Assembly: GCA_018823045.1 (NCBI GenBank)
Contig: JAHJIX010000016.1
Span: forward strand, 2,961 to 66,960
Direction of reading: 5' to 3'
DNA length: 64,000 nt
Origin: Patescibacteria group bacterium
GTDB lineage: Bacteria; Patescibacteriota; Patescibacteriia; Magasanikbacterales; UBA922
Below the pieces are notes generated by a model that was given only the letters and a program-made list of their open reading frames with translations, ran no database searches and had not been told where the DNA came from. Every line of letters starts with the position of its first letter. Position 1 is the first letter of the stretch. Position numbers and translations under genes: made by a program. Shown piece after piece: positions 27,091 through 36,290 of the stretch.

Positions 27091-28341
27091 TTAAGTAACT
27101 ACTTTTTTGTATAAAGGAAACTTTTCTGTAAGTGCTTGTACATTTTTACGTACATGTTCTAAAACAGTTTCATCTGTATGATTGCTCATTGTTTCATGCA
27201 TTAGGTCAGCCACAATTTCCATCTCAGCTTCTTTCATTCCTCTTGTGGTCAGCGCTGGCGTTCCAAAACGGATTCCAGATGGATCAAACGGTGAACGAGG
27301 ATCATCTGGGATCATGTTCTTGTTAAGAGTAATTCCTGCTTTATCAAGTGCCTCTTCGGCTTGTTTTCCAGTAATTTCTTTGCTTGTTACATCTACGAGA
27401 AGAAGATGATTGTCGGTTCCTCCAAACATAATATCATAACCAAATTCTTTGAATTTTCTTTCGAGTACTTTGGCATTTTTCTTTATTTGAAGAGCATACT
27501 CTTTAAATTCTGGTTCGAGTGCTTCTTTAAACGCAATCGCTTTGGCAGCAATATTGTTTTCATGTGGACCCCCTTGCAGTCCTGGGAAAACCGCTTTGTC
27601 TATTGCTTTTGCGTATTTTTTCTTACACATGATCATTCCACCACGAGGACCTCGAAGTGTTTTGTGTGTTGTCGTTGTAACAACATCAAAGATTGGTACT
27701 GGATTTTTCATTACTCCTCCGGCAATCAATCCTGCGATGTGAGCGATGTCTGCCATTGTTATGGCTCCTACTTCGTCTGCAATAGCTTTCACCTTGCCAT
27801 AATCAATTTCTCGTGAATACGCACTATATCCGACAAGGATAACCTTTGGTTTATGCTCCAAAGCCATCTCCCTGAGATTATCCATATCAATGAGACCGTT
27901 CTTATCAGTTTTGTATCGGATAAAGTTAAAGATCTGAGCAATACTCGTCACCGGATGTCCATGAGTCAAATGTCCACCATGAGACAAATCCATACCAAGA
28001 ATCGTATCACCCGGCTGCATGAGGGCAAAGTATGCAGCAATATTTGCAGGAGCACCAGAAAGTGGCTGAACATTTACATGCTCTGCCCCAAATATTTCTT
28101 TTGCGCGGTCAATGGCAAGTTGCTCAATTGTATCAATATGCTCACATCCGCCGTAGTATCGTTTTCCTGGATATCCTTCTGAATATTTATTGGTAAGGAC
28201 ACTTCCAAGCGCTTCAAGTACAGCAGGAGAAACAAAATTTTCTGATGGGATAAGTTCAAGACCTTGTTCTTGGCGATCAAGTTCATTGTCCATTGCTTTG
28301 CGAAGTTCTGGATCAAATTGTGCTATTGTTTGTTTATTCAT
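27091..28341 (-). CDS. glyA: Serine hydroxymethyltransferase
   Basis: PLP-lysine motif [14 protein letters not shown]; full-length, roughly 416 aa. Confidence 0.9.
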   Translation of the reverse strand: MNKQTIAQFDPELRKAMDNELDRQEQGLELIPSENFVSPAVLEALGSVLTNKYSEGYPGKRYYGGCEHIDTIEQLAIDRAKEIFGAEHVNVQPLSGAPANIAAYFALMQPGDTILGMDLSHGGHLTHGHPVTSIAQIFNFIRYKTDKNGLIDMDNLREMALEHKPKVILVGYSAYSREIDYGKVKAIADEVGAITMADIAHIAGLIAGGVMKNPVPIFDVVTTTTHKTLRGPRGGMIMCKKKYAKAIDKAVFPGLQGGPHENNIAAKAIAFKEALEPEFKEYALQIKKNAKVLERKFKEFGYDIMFGGTDNHLLLVDVTSKEITGKQAEEALDKAGITLNKNMIPDDPRSPFDPSGIRFGTPALTTRGMKEAEMEIVADLMHETMSNHTDETVLEHVRKNVQALTEKFPLYKKVVT

Positions 28342-28432
28342 ATGTAATAATTGTAAATTGTGAAGGGTGAATTATATCTATTGAGAATTCTCCAAAAATT
28401 TACTTATGTTCCAAAGATTCAAAAATCATACA

Positions 28433-28888
28433 TTATTGATTATGTTTTTTATATGTCTCAACAACAGTCCGAACATTATCTGCAACGTTATCTGGCAATG
28501 CATCAATACCAAACCAATCCCATTCAATTGTCCTCTCTCCGGGTTCTACCTCATTGAGTCTTTTTGCAAGATAGTGAACTAAAAGAATCACTCCATTTGT
28601 TTTTGGATGTGGAATCATAATAGTATCAAGAGGGGAGAGAATCTCAATTTCTAAGCCTAATTCTTCCATCACCTCTCGTCTACAGGTATCTTCTAGTGGA
28701 AGGCTATAGTCATTTATTTTTCCACCTGGAATCATGAATTGTTTTTTCTCCAAACCATCTTTATCAAATTCACGATTAAGAAGAATCTTATTATCTTCTA
28801 TAATGACTGGCCCTACAGCAATAATAGATTGTTCTGGGATAAACATAGAGGCAATTGAGGTGATATTTACATAGTCGTAGTGTAGCAT
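28433..28888 (-). CDS. NUDIX hydrolase
   Basis: IPGGKINDYSLPLEDTCRREVMEELGLE Nudix box. Confidence 0.7.
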   Translation of the reverse strand: MLHYDYVNITSIASMFIPEQSIIAVGPVIIEDNKILLNREFDKDGLEKKQFMIPGGKINDYSLPLEDTCRREVMEELGLEIEILSPLDTIMIPHPKTNGVILLVHYLAKRLNEVEPGERTIEWDWFGIDALPDNVADNVRTVVETYKKHNQ

Positions 28889-28981
28889 ATAGGGGGTTTT
28901 AAGACAAATAAAAAAAGGCGAGGGGAATCTCTCTGGGATGATTTCCGACGCCTTTTTTGAGCGGGGAGCTCTGTTTTTGTG

Positions 28982-29434
28982 TTAGATCTTAAAGGATAGT
29001 CTTATAAATCCTTCGGGACGTAGTAAGCCTTTTTTGGAATCTCGTATCTGATAGGATACACCTGAATGCAGATCTCTTCTTATGAGATGTACATTAAATG
29101 TATAGTTTTCTGGGTCTTTTTCTATCACAGATAATTTCATAAATTGAAGAGGAGTATTTGGATCATTGTACTCAAATAGCCTCTGATTGTCGGCTTGATT
29201 TGCGGTTTCTTTTTTCTGGAGATTATAGAGATGGCCATCATAATATACGATCAGATGACAGTCGGGGTTGGGACAAAATAATAATACTACACCATCATTA
29301 TGTAAGGTTGAAAACCAGACCATTTCTGGTTTAGCTTCCTCTGTCTCATAATATTCACATAATGTGATTTGTTTTTGTCCACATCCCGCGATGAGAAACA
29401 TGACAAAAAAAATGATCCAGTTTTTCATGATCAT
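28982..29434 (-). CDS. Lipoprotein of unknown function
   Basis: Signal peptide with lipobox MFLIAGC; flanked by a 13-bp inverted repeat gagcggggagctc. Confidence 0.5.
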   Translation of the reverse strand: MIMKNWIIFFVMFLIAGCGQKQITLCEYYETEEAKPEMVWFSTLHNDGVVLLFCPNPDCHLIVYYDGHLYNLQKKETANQADNQRLFEYNDPNTPLQFMKLSVIEKDPENYTFNVHLIRRDLHSGVSYQIRDSKKGLLRPEGFIRLSFKI

Positions 29435-29501
29435 CTACCTTTCAGCTTTGGTTGAGTTGTCAAAGAGCTCCCCGCTCTGAGTATGACCGACAGAATTGAC
29501 G

Positions 29502-29515
29502 GATCTATACCACTT
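29502..29515 (-). promoter_or_regulatory. Extended -10 promoter element aaGTGgTATAGATc (minus strand) about 68 bp upstream of the lipoprotein gene; identical 14-mer upstream of the next gene
   Basis: Identical 14-mer gatctataccactt at 29502-29515 and about 30563-30576, each at a similar distance upstream of a minus-strand start codon; TGn + TATAGAT resembles an extended -10. Confidence 0.4.
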
Positions 29516-29621
29516 GCTTGCATATATTTTCTATATGAAAATAAGTGAGATACATCTAAATTGGATTGGGGGGCGGAAGCGACATCATGCATGGTGATGA
29601 GTCGCTCCCTGGGGGTGGGCT

Positions 29622-30485
29622 TTACTTACGGGGGGAGGGAGGGGAGAGGTCGTGGTGGGCTCGTTGGAGCCAGCCCATGATTATGACTTTTGTCATTTCC
29701 TTTCGGTATATTCTGCGTGTCATCCACGCGTAATATTCACCAAACGGTCCGGCGTTAATGCCAGAGTTTGGAAAAAACCGAATGCATTTCGATTGAGTGA
29801 AGGAGTTCATACACTGTGATTTGTCATTGTAGACTTTTTCCTTGGTGTACTCTTCACACAAATCTGATGCAAGACTGTAGCAGTCTCCTTTTTGGAGTTG
29901 CAGAAGAAATGCGAGTTCCGCTTCCTCGTCATATTTCTTCGTCGCCTCCATGAGGTTTTGAAGAAGCTCGAGGATTTCAGCGCGCTTCTTTGGGTAAATG
30001 GTGAAAGAGGCTTTTGCCATCGTAATGGCATACTTGTAGCTCTCTTCGATTGTTTTTTTGTCGCTATAGATATCTTTTGACATCTTTTCGTTGGTGCTCA
30101 AGAAGAGCCATGCATTGATGTCGATAATCGATAATTTTTCTATTGCAACGCCGTCCCATGTGCTATGATAGATAGGAGTACGGTGCTTCAAAGAAGAAGG
30201 AATTGTAATCTTTTGAGTAGCTTTTTTGAGGTGTTTTTTTTGAAGTTCTTGGGACTTATATTCAAGTCTTAAGACCTCTATATCAAAAGATGATTTGTCC
30301 TTTTTAGCTCTCTCGAGGGTTTCAATTTGCTCCTCGATCTTGCTCAGTTCCTTCTGAGCCTCTGTTTGTGTTGTTGTCGGGGCGTTGTCGCCCGCAGTAA
30401 CTTGCACCTCGGCGTGGGCCGCCGTGATGCTGAGGTGGAAGGAAGGCAGCAAGAATAATGCTACCAAGAGAATGATTCGCATCAT
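29622..30485 (-). CDS. Secreted hypothetical protein (signal peptide; Cys-containing C-terminal domain)
   Basis: GGAG-preceded ATG ATG start (MMRIILLVALFLLPSFHLSITAAHA); the annotated upstream start is a non-ATG codon. The 3' end runs into a GC-rich G-tract region. Confidence 0.5.
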   Translation of the reverse strand: MMRIILLVALFLLPSFHLSITAAHAEVQVTAGDNAPTTTQTEAQKELSKIEEQIETLERAKKDKSSFDIEVLRLEYKSQELQKKHLKKATQKITIPSSLKHRTPIYHSTWDGVAIEKLSIIDINAWLFLSTNEKMSKDIYSDKKTIEESYKYAITMAKASFTIYPKKRAEILELLQNLMEATKKYDEEAELAFLLQLQKGDCYSLASDLCEEYTKEKVYNDKSQCMNSFTQSKCIRFFPNSGINAGPFGEYYAWMTRRIYRKEMTKVIIMGWLQRAHHDLSPPSPRK

Positions 30486-30732
30486 TTTCTCCGCTGTAAG
30501 TAAATTGTCCAAAGGACATGCGCCACACCTTGTGTGACGGGTATTGTTCGACCAGAATGGAAGATCTATACCACTTAGTTTTACCTAAAACTAGATAAAA
30601 TTAACTAATATAGATGATATAACGGCGTACCTTAGCATATTTTGAATGTTTTGTCAAGTCGAGTGTAGTGGAGGATAAAAAAAGAAAGCAGGGGAGTGCT
30701 TCTTTTTTTGCTAGAATAGGTTGTTGTTGCAA

Positions 30733-30778
30733 AACAATGGGATTGCCGCGCTGTGCTAACGCCAGCTCGCAATGACGT
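30733..30778. repeat. MITE-like repeat, truncated copy C (right half only)
   Basis: gattgccgcgctgtgctaacgccagctcgcaatgacgt matches the right half and terminal inverted repeat of copies A and B. Confidence 0.6.
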
Positions 30779-30790
30779 GGTGGGTAAGTG

Positions 30791-32476
30791 TTATATGTTT
30801 TTCACCATATACGTCCCAATTTTTCTATACCCTAATTTACGATAATATCCACGTACACCAACACCAGAAATAACAGCAATTTTGCTTTGTTTTGCTTCTT
30901 TTTTCACTAATTCTTCTGCTTTTATCATCAGTTGTGTCCCGAGTCCTTTATGTTGGCTTGCTCCGTGGTCTGTTTTCCCGATTTTTACTAATTGGCCGTA
31001 TACATGCAGTTCGCGAACAAATGCACAGTCTTTGATTTCAGGAATAGTCTTTTGTAATATATCAGTTTCATTCTTTCTCATCCATGACTCTATATTGTGT
31101 TCATGAGGAATACGGAGGCGTAAAAAGCCATAGACTGCAATACGATTTGGATCTTCTACCGTAATAAAATGCTCTGTGCCACCAGAGGTTTTGTATGTAT
31201 CTACGAAGATTTCTGTTCGTTTATCACCTTTGAGTTGTGTTTGTTGACGGCCAATTTCACGACAACGTAAACAAGCACAGGTGTTTCCTTGTTCTATCAT
31301 TTTTTTATGTAGGGCTTCTCTGAGATTGGTAATGCTATTACCCGCTTGAATATCTGGAGTTGGAATATCTCGAATAAGACGAGAAATACGACAGTATCGT
31401 GGGGTAGCTTTTTTCATTTCAATTAACGCATTAAAAAGCTCTTTATCTCCATATGGTGTGTAGCGTCCATCTTTAAACCATTCAGCAAGCTCAGCTGTTT
31501 CAATCACCGTATTTGGATAAATTTTTACCATGTCTGGTTTGAGTGCAGGGTCTTCAAAAAGTAGTTTATACATTTCTACATCATGTGCTGGCGTTGTCCC
31601 AGGCAAATCTGGCATGAAGTGAAGATCTACTTTAAAGCCAGCTTCACGGAGTAGATACATAGCACGACGAAATTCATCGACGTTATGTCCACGTTTCACT
31701 AAAGAAAGAATCTTATCATCAGGTGCTTGGAGGCCAAGTTCAATACGCGTACAGCCTTGTTTGCGCATGTGGGAAATGGTTTTTGGCGTTACTGCATCTG
31801 GGCGTGTTTCAAGCGTAAGCCCAATAATACGATGTTTTGCCCCTTCATTATACCGTTGTTCTTTTTCCATGGCATCTTGAATAGCACTGAGTGGTTTATT
31901 GCACCAGTCTTCTTCTGTTGTTTGTGCTGTAGGTTTCCGGCGAGATAAATTATTACACGCACGAAATGATTCTAAGATATACCAATATTGATACACGAGT
32001 GGATATGCATTCCAGGTACCACCTTTTGTAATATATTCAATTTTGTCTGTTGGGTGACCATTGGCTTCAAGCATCTCGATTCGTTTTTGCATGAGTGGAT
32101 AGGGGTGGAAATTGAGTGCAAGTGAGCGTGCAGCTGCAGGTTCACTTGATAAATAGCTTTTTGGCATGCGTGCCTCTGTTGGGCAATACACACATTCACC
32201 TGGGCAAGCGTATGGTTTGAGCAGCGATGTAATGACTGCAATACCAGATTGGCTGCGAATTCCCGCTTTTACCACAAATTGTCTGAGAGCCAAATTGGGT
32301 TTAATCCTTTTCTTTTTTACTAAATTTTGATAGGCTTGTAGGAGTAGGCGGTTTGCTGGTTGATTTATTCGTAGGCGACTACAGGTTTTTCTTCGTACAG
32401 CATCAAACTGAGCCTTTGTTTGAGGATTATTCTCTATAATATCTAAAATAATTGTTTCTAAATCTTCTTGTTTCAT
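30791..32476 (-). CDS. elp3: Elp3-family radical SAM + GNAT acetyltransferase (tRNA U34 cm5 modification enzyme homologue)
   Basis: Radical SAM CPGECVYCPTE (Cx3Cx2C); roughly 560 aa with a C-terminal GNAT-like region; overall Elp3 architecture. Confidence 0.75.
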   Translation of the reverse strand: MKQEDLETIILDIIENNPQTKAQFDAVRRKTCSRLRINQPANRLLLQAYQNLVKKKRIKPNLALRQFVVKAGIRSQSGIAVITSLLKPYACPGECVYCPTEARMPKSYLSSEPAAARSLALNFHPYPLMQKRIEMLEANGHPTDKIEYITKGGTWNAYPLVYQYWYILESFRACNNLSRRKPTAQTTEEDWCNKPLSAIQDAMEKEQRYNEGAKHRIIGLTLETRPDAVTPKTISHMRKQGCTRIELGLQAPDDKILSLVKRGHNVDEFRRAMYLLREAGFKVDLHFMPDLPGTTPAHDVEMYKLLFEDPALKPDMVKIYPNTVIETAELAEWFKDGRYTPYGDKELFNALIEMKKATPRYCRISRLIRDIPTPDIQAGNSITNLREALHKKMIEQGNTCACLRCREIGRQQTQLKGDKRTEIFVDTYKTSGGTEHFITVEDPNRIAVYGFLRLRIPHEHNIESWMRKNETDILQKTIPEIKDCAFVRELHVYGQLVKIGKTDHGASQHKGLGTQLMIKAEELVKKEAKQSKIAVISGVGVRGYYRKLGYRKIGTYMVKNI

Positions 32477-32477
32477 T

Positions 32478-33182
32478 ATGAAAAATTACAACGAACAGAA
32501 TAAATCTGTCTATAATAAGATATCTGCGATATTTGCCCAAACAAGAGGCTATGTATGGCATGATATTGCACCACTTATCTCATATACGCACGATGGAGAC
32601 ACTGTTCTTGATCTTGGTTGTGGTACAGGTAGATTATACCAGCTTTTTCAAGAATTTCAAGGGGAGAAGGGAGTTTCTTACATTGGAGTGGATCATAGCG
32701 AGGGGCAAATTGAGGTCGCAAAAAAACAATATCCTCAGGCAAATTTTCAAGTAGGAGACATGCTCGCTATTTCTTTGGCTGATAATACTGTCGATATTGT
32801 GTATAGTATTGCTGCATTTCATCACTTATCAACCGAGGAAACACGCTTGCAAGCGCTTGCTGAAATGAAAAGAGTGTTGCGTCCAGGTGGCATTATTGCT
32901 ATGACCAACTGGTTTTTAGATAGTACCTATGCACGCAATAAATTATCATCGGGTAAATGGCATTATGGAGAAACAAAAAAAGATGTGATCATCCCATGGA
33001 GAAATGCAGATGGCAGTGTCGTTGGAGAGCGGTATTATCATGCTTTTGATATGGATGAAATGGAAGATCTTTTGGCACGTACTGGATTTTCTGTAGTTGA
33101 GCAATATTTGAGTGAGCCAGCGCCAGAGAGTAATGATACAGAAGGGAAGAACTTTATTACTGTGGCTCGTTTGAATACATAA
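32478..33182 (+). CDS. Class I SAM-dependent methyltransferase, Trm9-like (tRNA carboxymethyluridine methyltransferase family)
   Basis: IFAQTRGYVW (Trm9 F-x-x-TR...W), SAM motif VLDLGCGTGRL, C-terminal PWRNADGSVVGERYYHAF (Trm9-like RYYHxF). Confidence 0.6.
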   Translation: MKNYNEQNKSVYNKISAIFAQTRGYVWHDIAPLISYTHDGDTVLDLGCGTGRLYQLFQEFQGEKGVSYIGVDHSEGQIEVAKKQYPQANFQVGDMLAISLADNTVDIVYSIAAFHHLSTEETRLQALAEMKRVLRPGGIIAMTNWFLDSTYARNKLSSGKWHYGETKKDVIIPWRNADGSVVGERYYHAFDMDEMEDLLARTGFSVVEQYLSEPAPESNDTEGKNFITVARLNT

Positions 33183-33288
33183 CAGATGCTTTGTTTCATT
33201 ATAATTAGATATTATTCTATATTGACAGTATATGATTTTTTTGCTAGTGTTATACTATAGATTATATTTATTTAGTAATATTAAACAT

Positions 33289-34152
33289 ATGTGGTTTACA
33301 CCAGTCATGATCATACTTATTGTAATTTTTTTCTTGGGCATCCGTATTGTTCGTCCAACTCACCGGGGTCTTATTGAGCGCCTTGGTAAATACAAACGCT
33401 TTGCTCAACCGGGGTTCAACTGGATCATTCCAGTAATCGATAAAATGATCAAAGTAAATATTACTGAGCAAATGATCGATGCAATGCCTCAAGAAATCAT
33501 TACCAATGATAATTTGAATGCAACGGTTGATGCACAAGTATATTTTAAAGTAAAAACAGATGAAGAGAGTGTGAAAAATTCTCAATATAATGTTCAAAGG
33601 TATCAAGTTCAGGTTGTGAATCTGGCACGAACAACATTGCGTAATATTATTGGGACACTGACACTGAGAAGTGCCAATTCAGAACGGAACAAAATTAATG
33701 AACAATTGCTTGAAGTACTGAGTAAAGAAACAAAAAATTGGGGCATGGATATTGTGAGAACAGAACTCAAACAAATTGATCCACCTCAAGATGTTCAAGA
33801 AACCATGAACAAAGTGGTCAAAGCTGAAAATGAAAATATTGCAGCACTTGATTTTGCGAATGCACGAGAGAGAGAAGCAGATGGTATGCGTCGTTCAGAG
33901 ATTAAGAAGTCAGAAGGTATACGCCAAGGAAAGATTCTTGAAGCTGAGGGGGAGGCAGAAGCAATTAAACTGGTGAATGAAGCTGCAGAAAAATACTTTG
34001 TCGGTAATGCACAAATCTTGCGAAAAATTAAAGCAGTAGAAAAAGCACTAGAAAACAATGCAAAAATTGTTCTTCCTTCTGACGGAGAGTTGATCAATAT
34101 TATCGGAGACATGGCTGGAATTACCCCTGTGCCGATGAACAAAAACAAATAA
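33289..34152 (+). CDS. SPFH/band-7 (stomatin/prohibitin-like) membrane protein
   Basis: N-terminal TM VMIILIVIFFLGIRIVRPT followed by an SPFH-like domain and a C-terminal coiled-coil EA-rich region; the upstream annotated Met is not needed. Confidence 0.65.
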   Translation: MWFTPVMIILIVIFFLGIRIVRPTHRGLIERLGKYKRFAQPGFNWIIPVIDKMIKVNITEQMIDAMPQEIITNDNLNATVDAQVYFKVKTDEESVKNSQYNVQRYQVQVVNLARTTLRNIIGTLTLRSANSERNKINEQLLEVLSKETKNWGMDIVRTELKQIDPPQDVQETMNKVVKAENENIAALDFANAREREADGMRRSEIKKSEGIRQGKILEAEGEAEAIKLVNEAAEKYFVGNAQILRKIKAVEKALENNAKIVLPSDGELINIIGDMAGITPVPMNKNK

Positions 34153-34164
34153 TTAAAACAGAAT

Positions 34165-34198
34165 AAAAATCCATCGAATATATCGATGGATTTTTTTG
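34165..34198. terminator. Bidirectional terminator (atccatcga / tcgatggat perfect 9-bp stem + T7)
   Basis: Between convergent SPFH and PALP genes. Confidence 0.7.
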
Positions 34199-34199
34199 T

Positions 34200-35081
34200 T
34201 TACTCTCCAGTGACAATACATACGACAGCCCCATCCCAAGTCCAACCGGCTTGTACTGCTTTTTTAATTCCAACAAGTCCGAGAATTCCATTTGGTGAAA
34301 GGGTCATCTTTGTGGTTCTTTTAACCAGAGTAATCATGTCTTTAATTTCTTTATTTGTGACAACCCATCCACTACCATGTGTTTGGTTGATCGCAGAAAT
34401 AACTGATAATTTTCTATGTGCAACGCGATCACAAATTGCAGGGGCTACTGTCGTGCTTGTTGGCTCCACGTCTGTATCAAAGATACTTGCTATAGGAGAA
34501 CACGCGCTTGTTTGTACGATATGAATTTGAGGAACATGATTCATATCGGTAAATACTTCTGCAATTCCTTGTGCAGTTGTTCCTGATGATGTTGGAATAA
34601 ATATTGCTTGTAGGTCAGGAATTTTACTTAATTCTTGCCCTAAACTGTAATAACCACGTAGAGCCGTATCATCAGTTGACTGGCGTAAAGAAACTGCTTC
34701 ACCTTTTTTATCTTTTTGAAAAGCCATTTGTTTTGGGTTGTCTACCTGAGAGATATGAATGGAGTCAGAAATATATGCTTGTAGTCGTGTTAATTTATGT
34801 TTTGTAATATTTTTGCCAACTAAAATTTCAAGAGATATTGGTTTTTCTGGATTATTTTTATTATGATTTTCTACAGTGATTGCTGCTGCAAGCGCTGCAT
34901 TTCCTGATGATGAAATAACAAAATGACCAACGTTTTTTCGTTTATAATATTCCTTTATCATGAGTGGGATAGATCGTCCTTTGTGTGATCCATAGGAATG
35001 CTGGTCTTCTCGTTTGAGCCATAAGTCTTTTACACCGATAGTACGAGCCAGAAAGGGATATTGTTTTTGAACTGTTTTCAT
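34200..35081 (-). CDS. PLP-dependent enzyme of the tryptophan-synthase-beta superfamily (threonine synthase-like)
   Basis: LWLKREDQHSYGSHKGR resembles the PLP-lysine region of threonine synthase/PALP enzymes; Gly-rich SSGNAALAAA. Confidence 0.5.
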   Translation of the reverse strand: MKTVQKQYPFLARTIGVKDLWLKREDQHSYGSHKGRSIPLMIKEYYKRKNVGHFVISSSGNAALAAAITVENHNKNNPEKPISLEILVGKNITKHKLTRLQAYISDSIHISQVDNPKQMAFQKDKKGEAVSLRQSTDDTALRGYYSLGQELSKIPDLQAIFIPTSSGTTAQGIAEVFTDMNHVPQIHIVQTSACSPIASIFDTDVEPTSTTVAPAICDRVAHRKLSVISAINQTHGSGWVVTNKEIKDMITLVKRTTKMTLSPNGILGLVGIKKAVQAGWTWDGAVVCIVTGE

Positions 35082-35152
35082 AAGGAAAATATTGAAAAAT
35101 TGTGTGATTGTGTTATAATAGGCCTAAAAGAGTATTAAGTCAACTATTTTAT

Positions 35153-35317
35153 ATGAAAATTACTTGTGTTGAGTGTAAAAACAATGTGGATATGTCTGCT
35201 TACTCAGAGGTAAAAGTAGATAATGTTATTGAGTGTAATCATTGCGGAATTACCTTAGTTGTTACCAGTATTGTCGATGACATTGCTGAAGTTGATGTTA
35301 TGGATGAAGGAAAATAG
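35153..35317 (+). CDS. Small zinc-ribbon protein, LysW-like (4 Cys, acidic C-terminus)
   Basis: MKITCVECK ... CNHCG; acidic tail EVDVMDEGK; 54 aa from the ATG at 35153. Confidence 0.35.
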   Translation: MKITCVECKNNVDMSAYSEVKVDNVIECNHCGITLVVTSIVDDIAEVDVMDEGK

Positions 35318-35351
35318 GGATTATTTTTTTGTATTGTCATAAGCAAAATAT

Positions 35352-36281
35352 CTAGTATATCTGGATTTTTTTGTTTACTTGTCTATGAGAACGAAGGACA
35401 AAAAAGAGTAATAAAACACAAAGGATAATAATTGGGTAACGTAGTTTATTGATGACAAAAGATATTGTCTGGCCTGCCGTGTATGGTTTTGCTTTTGTTA
35501 TGAGTATTTCTTTTTGTATGTTGTGGAGTTTCTTATTACTATCAAGAACATCAATATAGACCGTATATGTGCCTATAGGTAGATCAGTTGGAATATCGAC
35601 AAGTAGTGTGTGATATGTTTGCTCTGGGATGTGTTCTGTTGGAGTAATGACATGTTTTTCAAGAATGGTATGTCTGTCATCATAAATACGACTATATATT
35701 TTTTGTATTGCATTAGTATCATTTCCTGCATTTTCTATATAGAGTGCTAGGCGAATATTTCCTTGAATATTCCACCAAAAGAGTTCTTGTGTATCAATGG
35801 CTTCGGCAATATTGAGTTCATGAATATGGACTTTTTTGATTGAGTCAACAACATGTATGGCTATTTTTGCTTGTACAGATGTGAGGCTTTGTACACCATC
35901 AAGTATTCCTGTTTTTTTCGGGACAGGAATGGTCGTAATATTGAGGAGCCCTTTGTATGTTTGTATATTTGCATCTTCTGGTATGTGTAGTTGAATAGTA
36001 ATGTCTTTTTTTTCTTCTCCTGCATAAAAAGGGACAATATAATCAGTGATATTTTCAAAAGTAATCCAATTTTGTGTGAGTGGAAGGTTTAAATTAAGTT
36101 TAAAATATTCATCTGTTGTTTGTTCTTGGCGGATAATGCTAATAGTTAATGTTTCTGTTGTTCCCGGAAGTATTGTCGTTTCAATAACTGCAGGGCTTAT
36201 ACCTAAAGCAGATACAGAATGTACAAAAAAGAGACTAGAAAAAATAATGTTCAAGAAAAAGAATAAACTGTTTTTTTTCAT
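35352..36281 (-). CDS. Surface protein: N-terminal signal peptide, beta-rich ectodomain, C-terminal TM anchor
   Basis: MKKNSLFFFLNIIFSSLFFVHSVSA signal; C-terminal PIIILCVLLLFFVLRSHRQ. Confidence 0.45.
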   Translation of the reverse strand: MKKNSLFFFLNIIFSSLFFVHSVSALGISPAVIETTILPGTTETLTISIIRQEQTTDEYFKLNLNLPLTQNWITFENITDYIVPFYAGEEKKDITIQLHIPEDANIQTYKGLLNITTIPVPKKTGILDGVQSLTSVQAKIAIHVVDSIKKVHIHELNIAEAIDTQELFWWNIQGNIRLALYIENAGNDTNAIQKIYSRIYDDRHTILEKHVITPTEHIPEQTYHTLLVDIPTDLPIGTYTVYIDVLDSNKKLHNIQKEILITKAKPYTAGQTISFVINKLRYPIIILCVLLLFFVLRSHRQVNKKIQIY

Positions 36282-36290
36282 ATGAAAATA

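Noticed and set aside
27132-28316. Several plus-strand and short minus-strand ORFs (60-150 aa) within 27091-28341
   Set aside because: They all overlap the strongly supported glyA gene on the opposite strand or in shifted frames.
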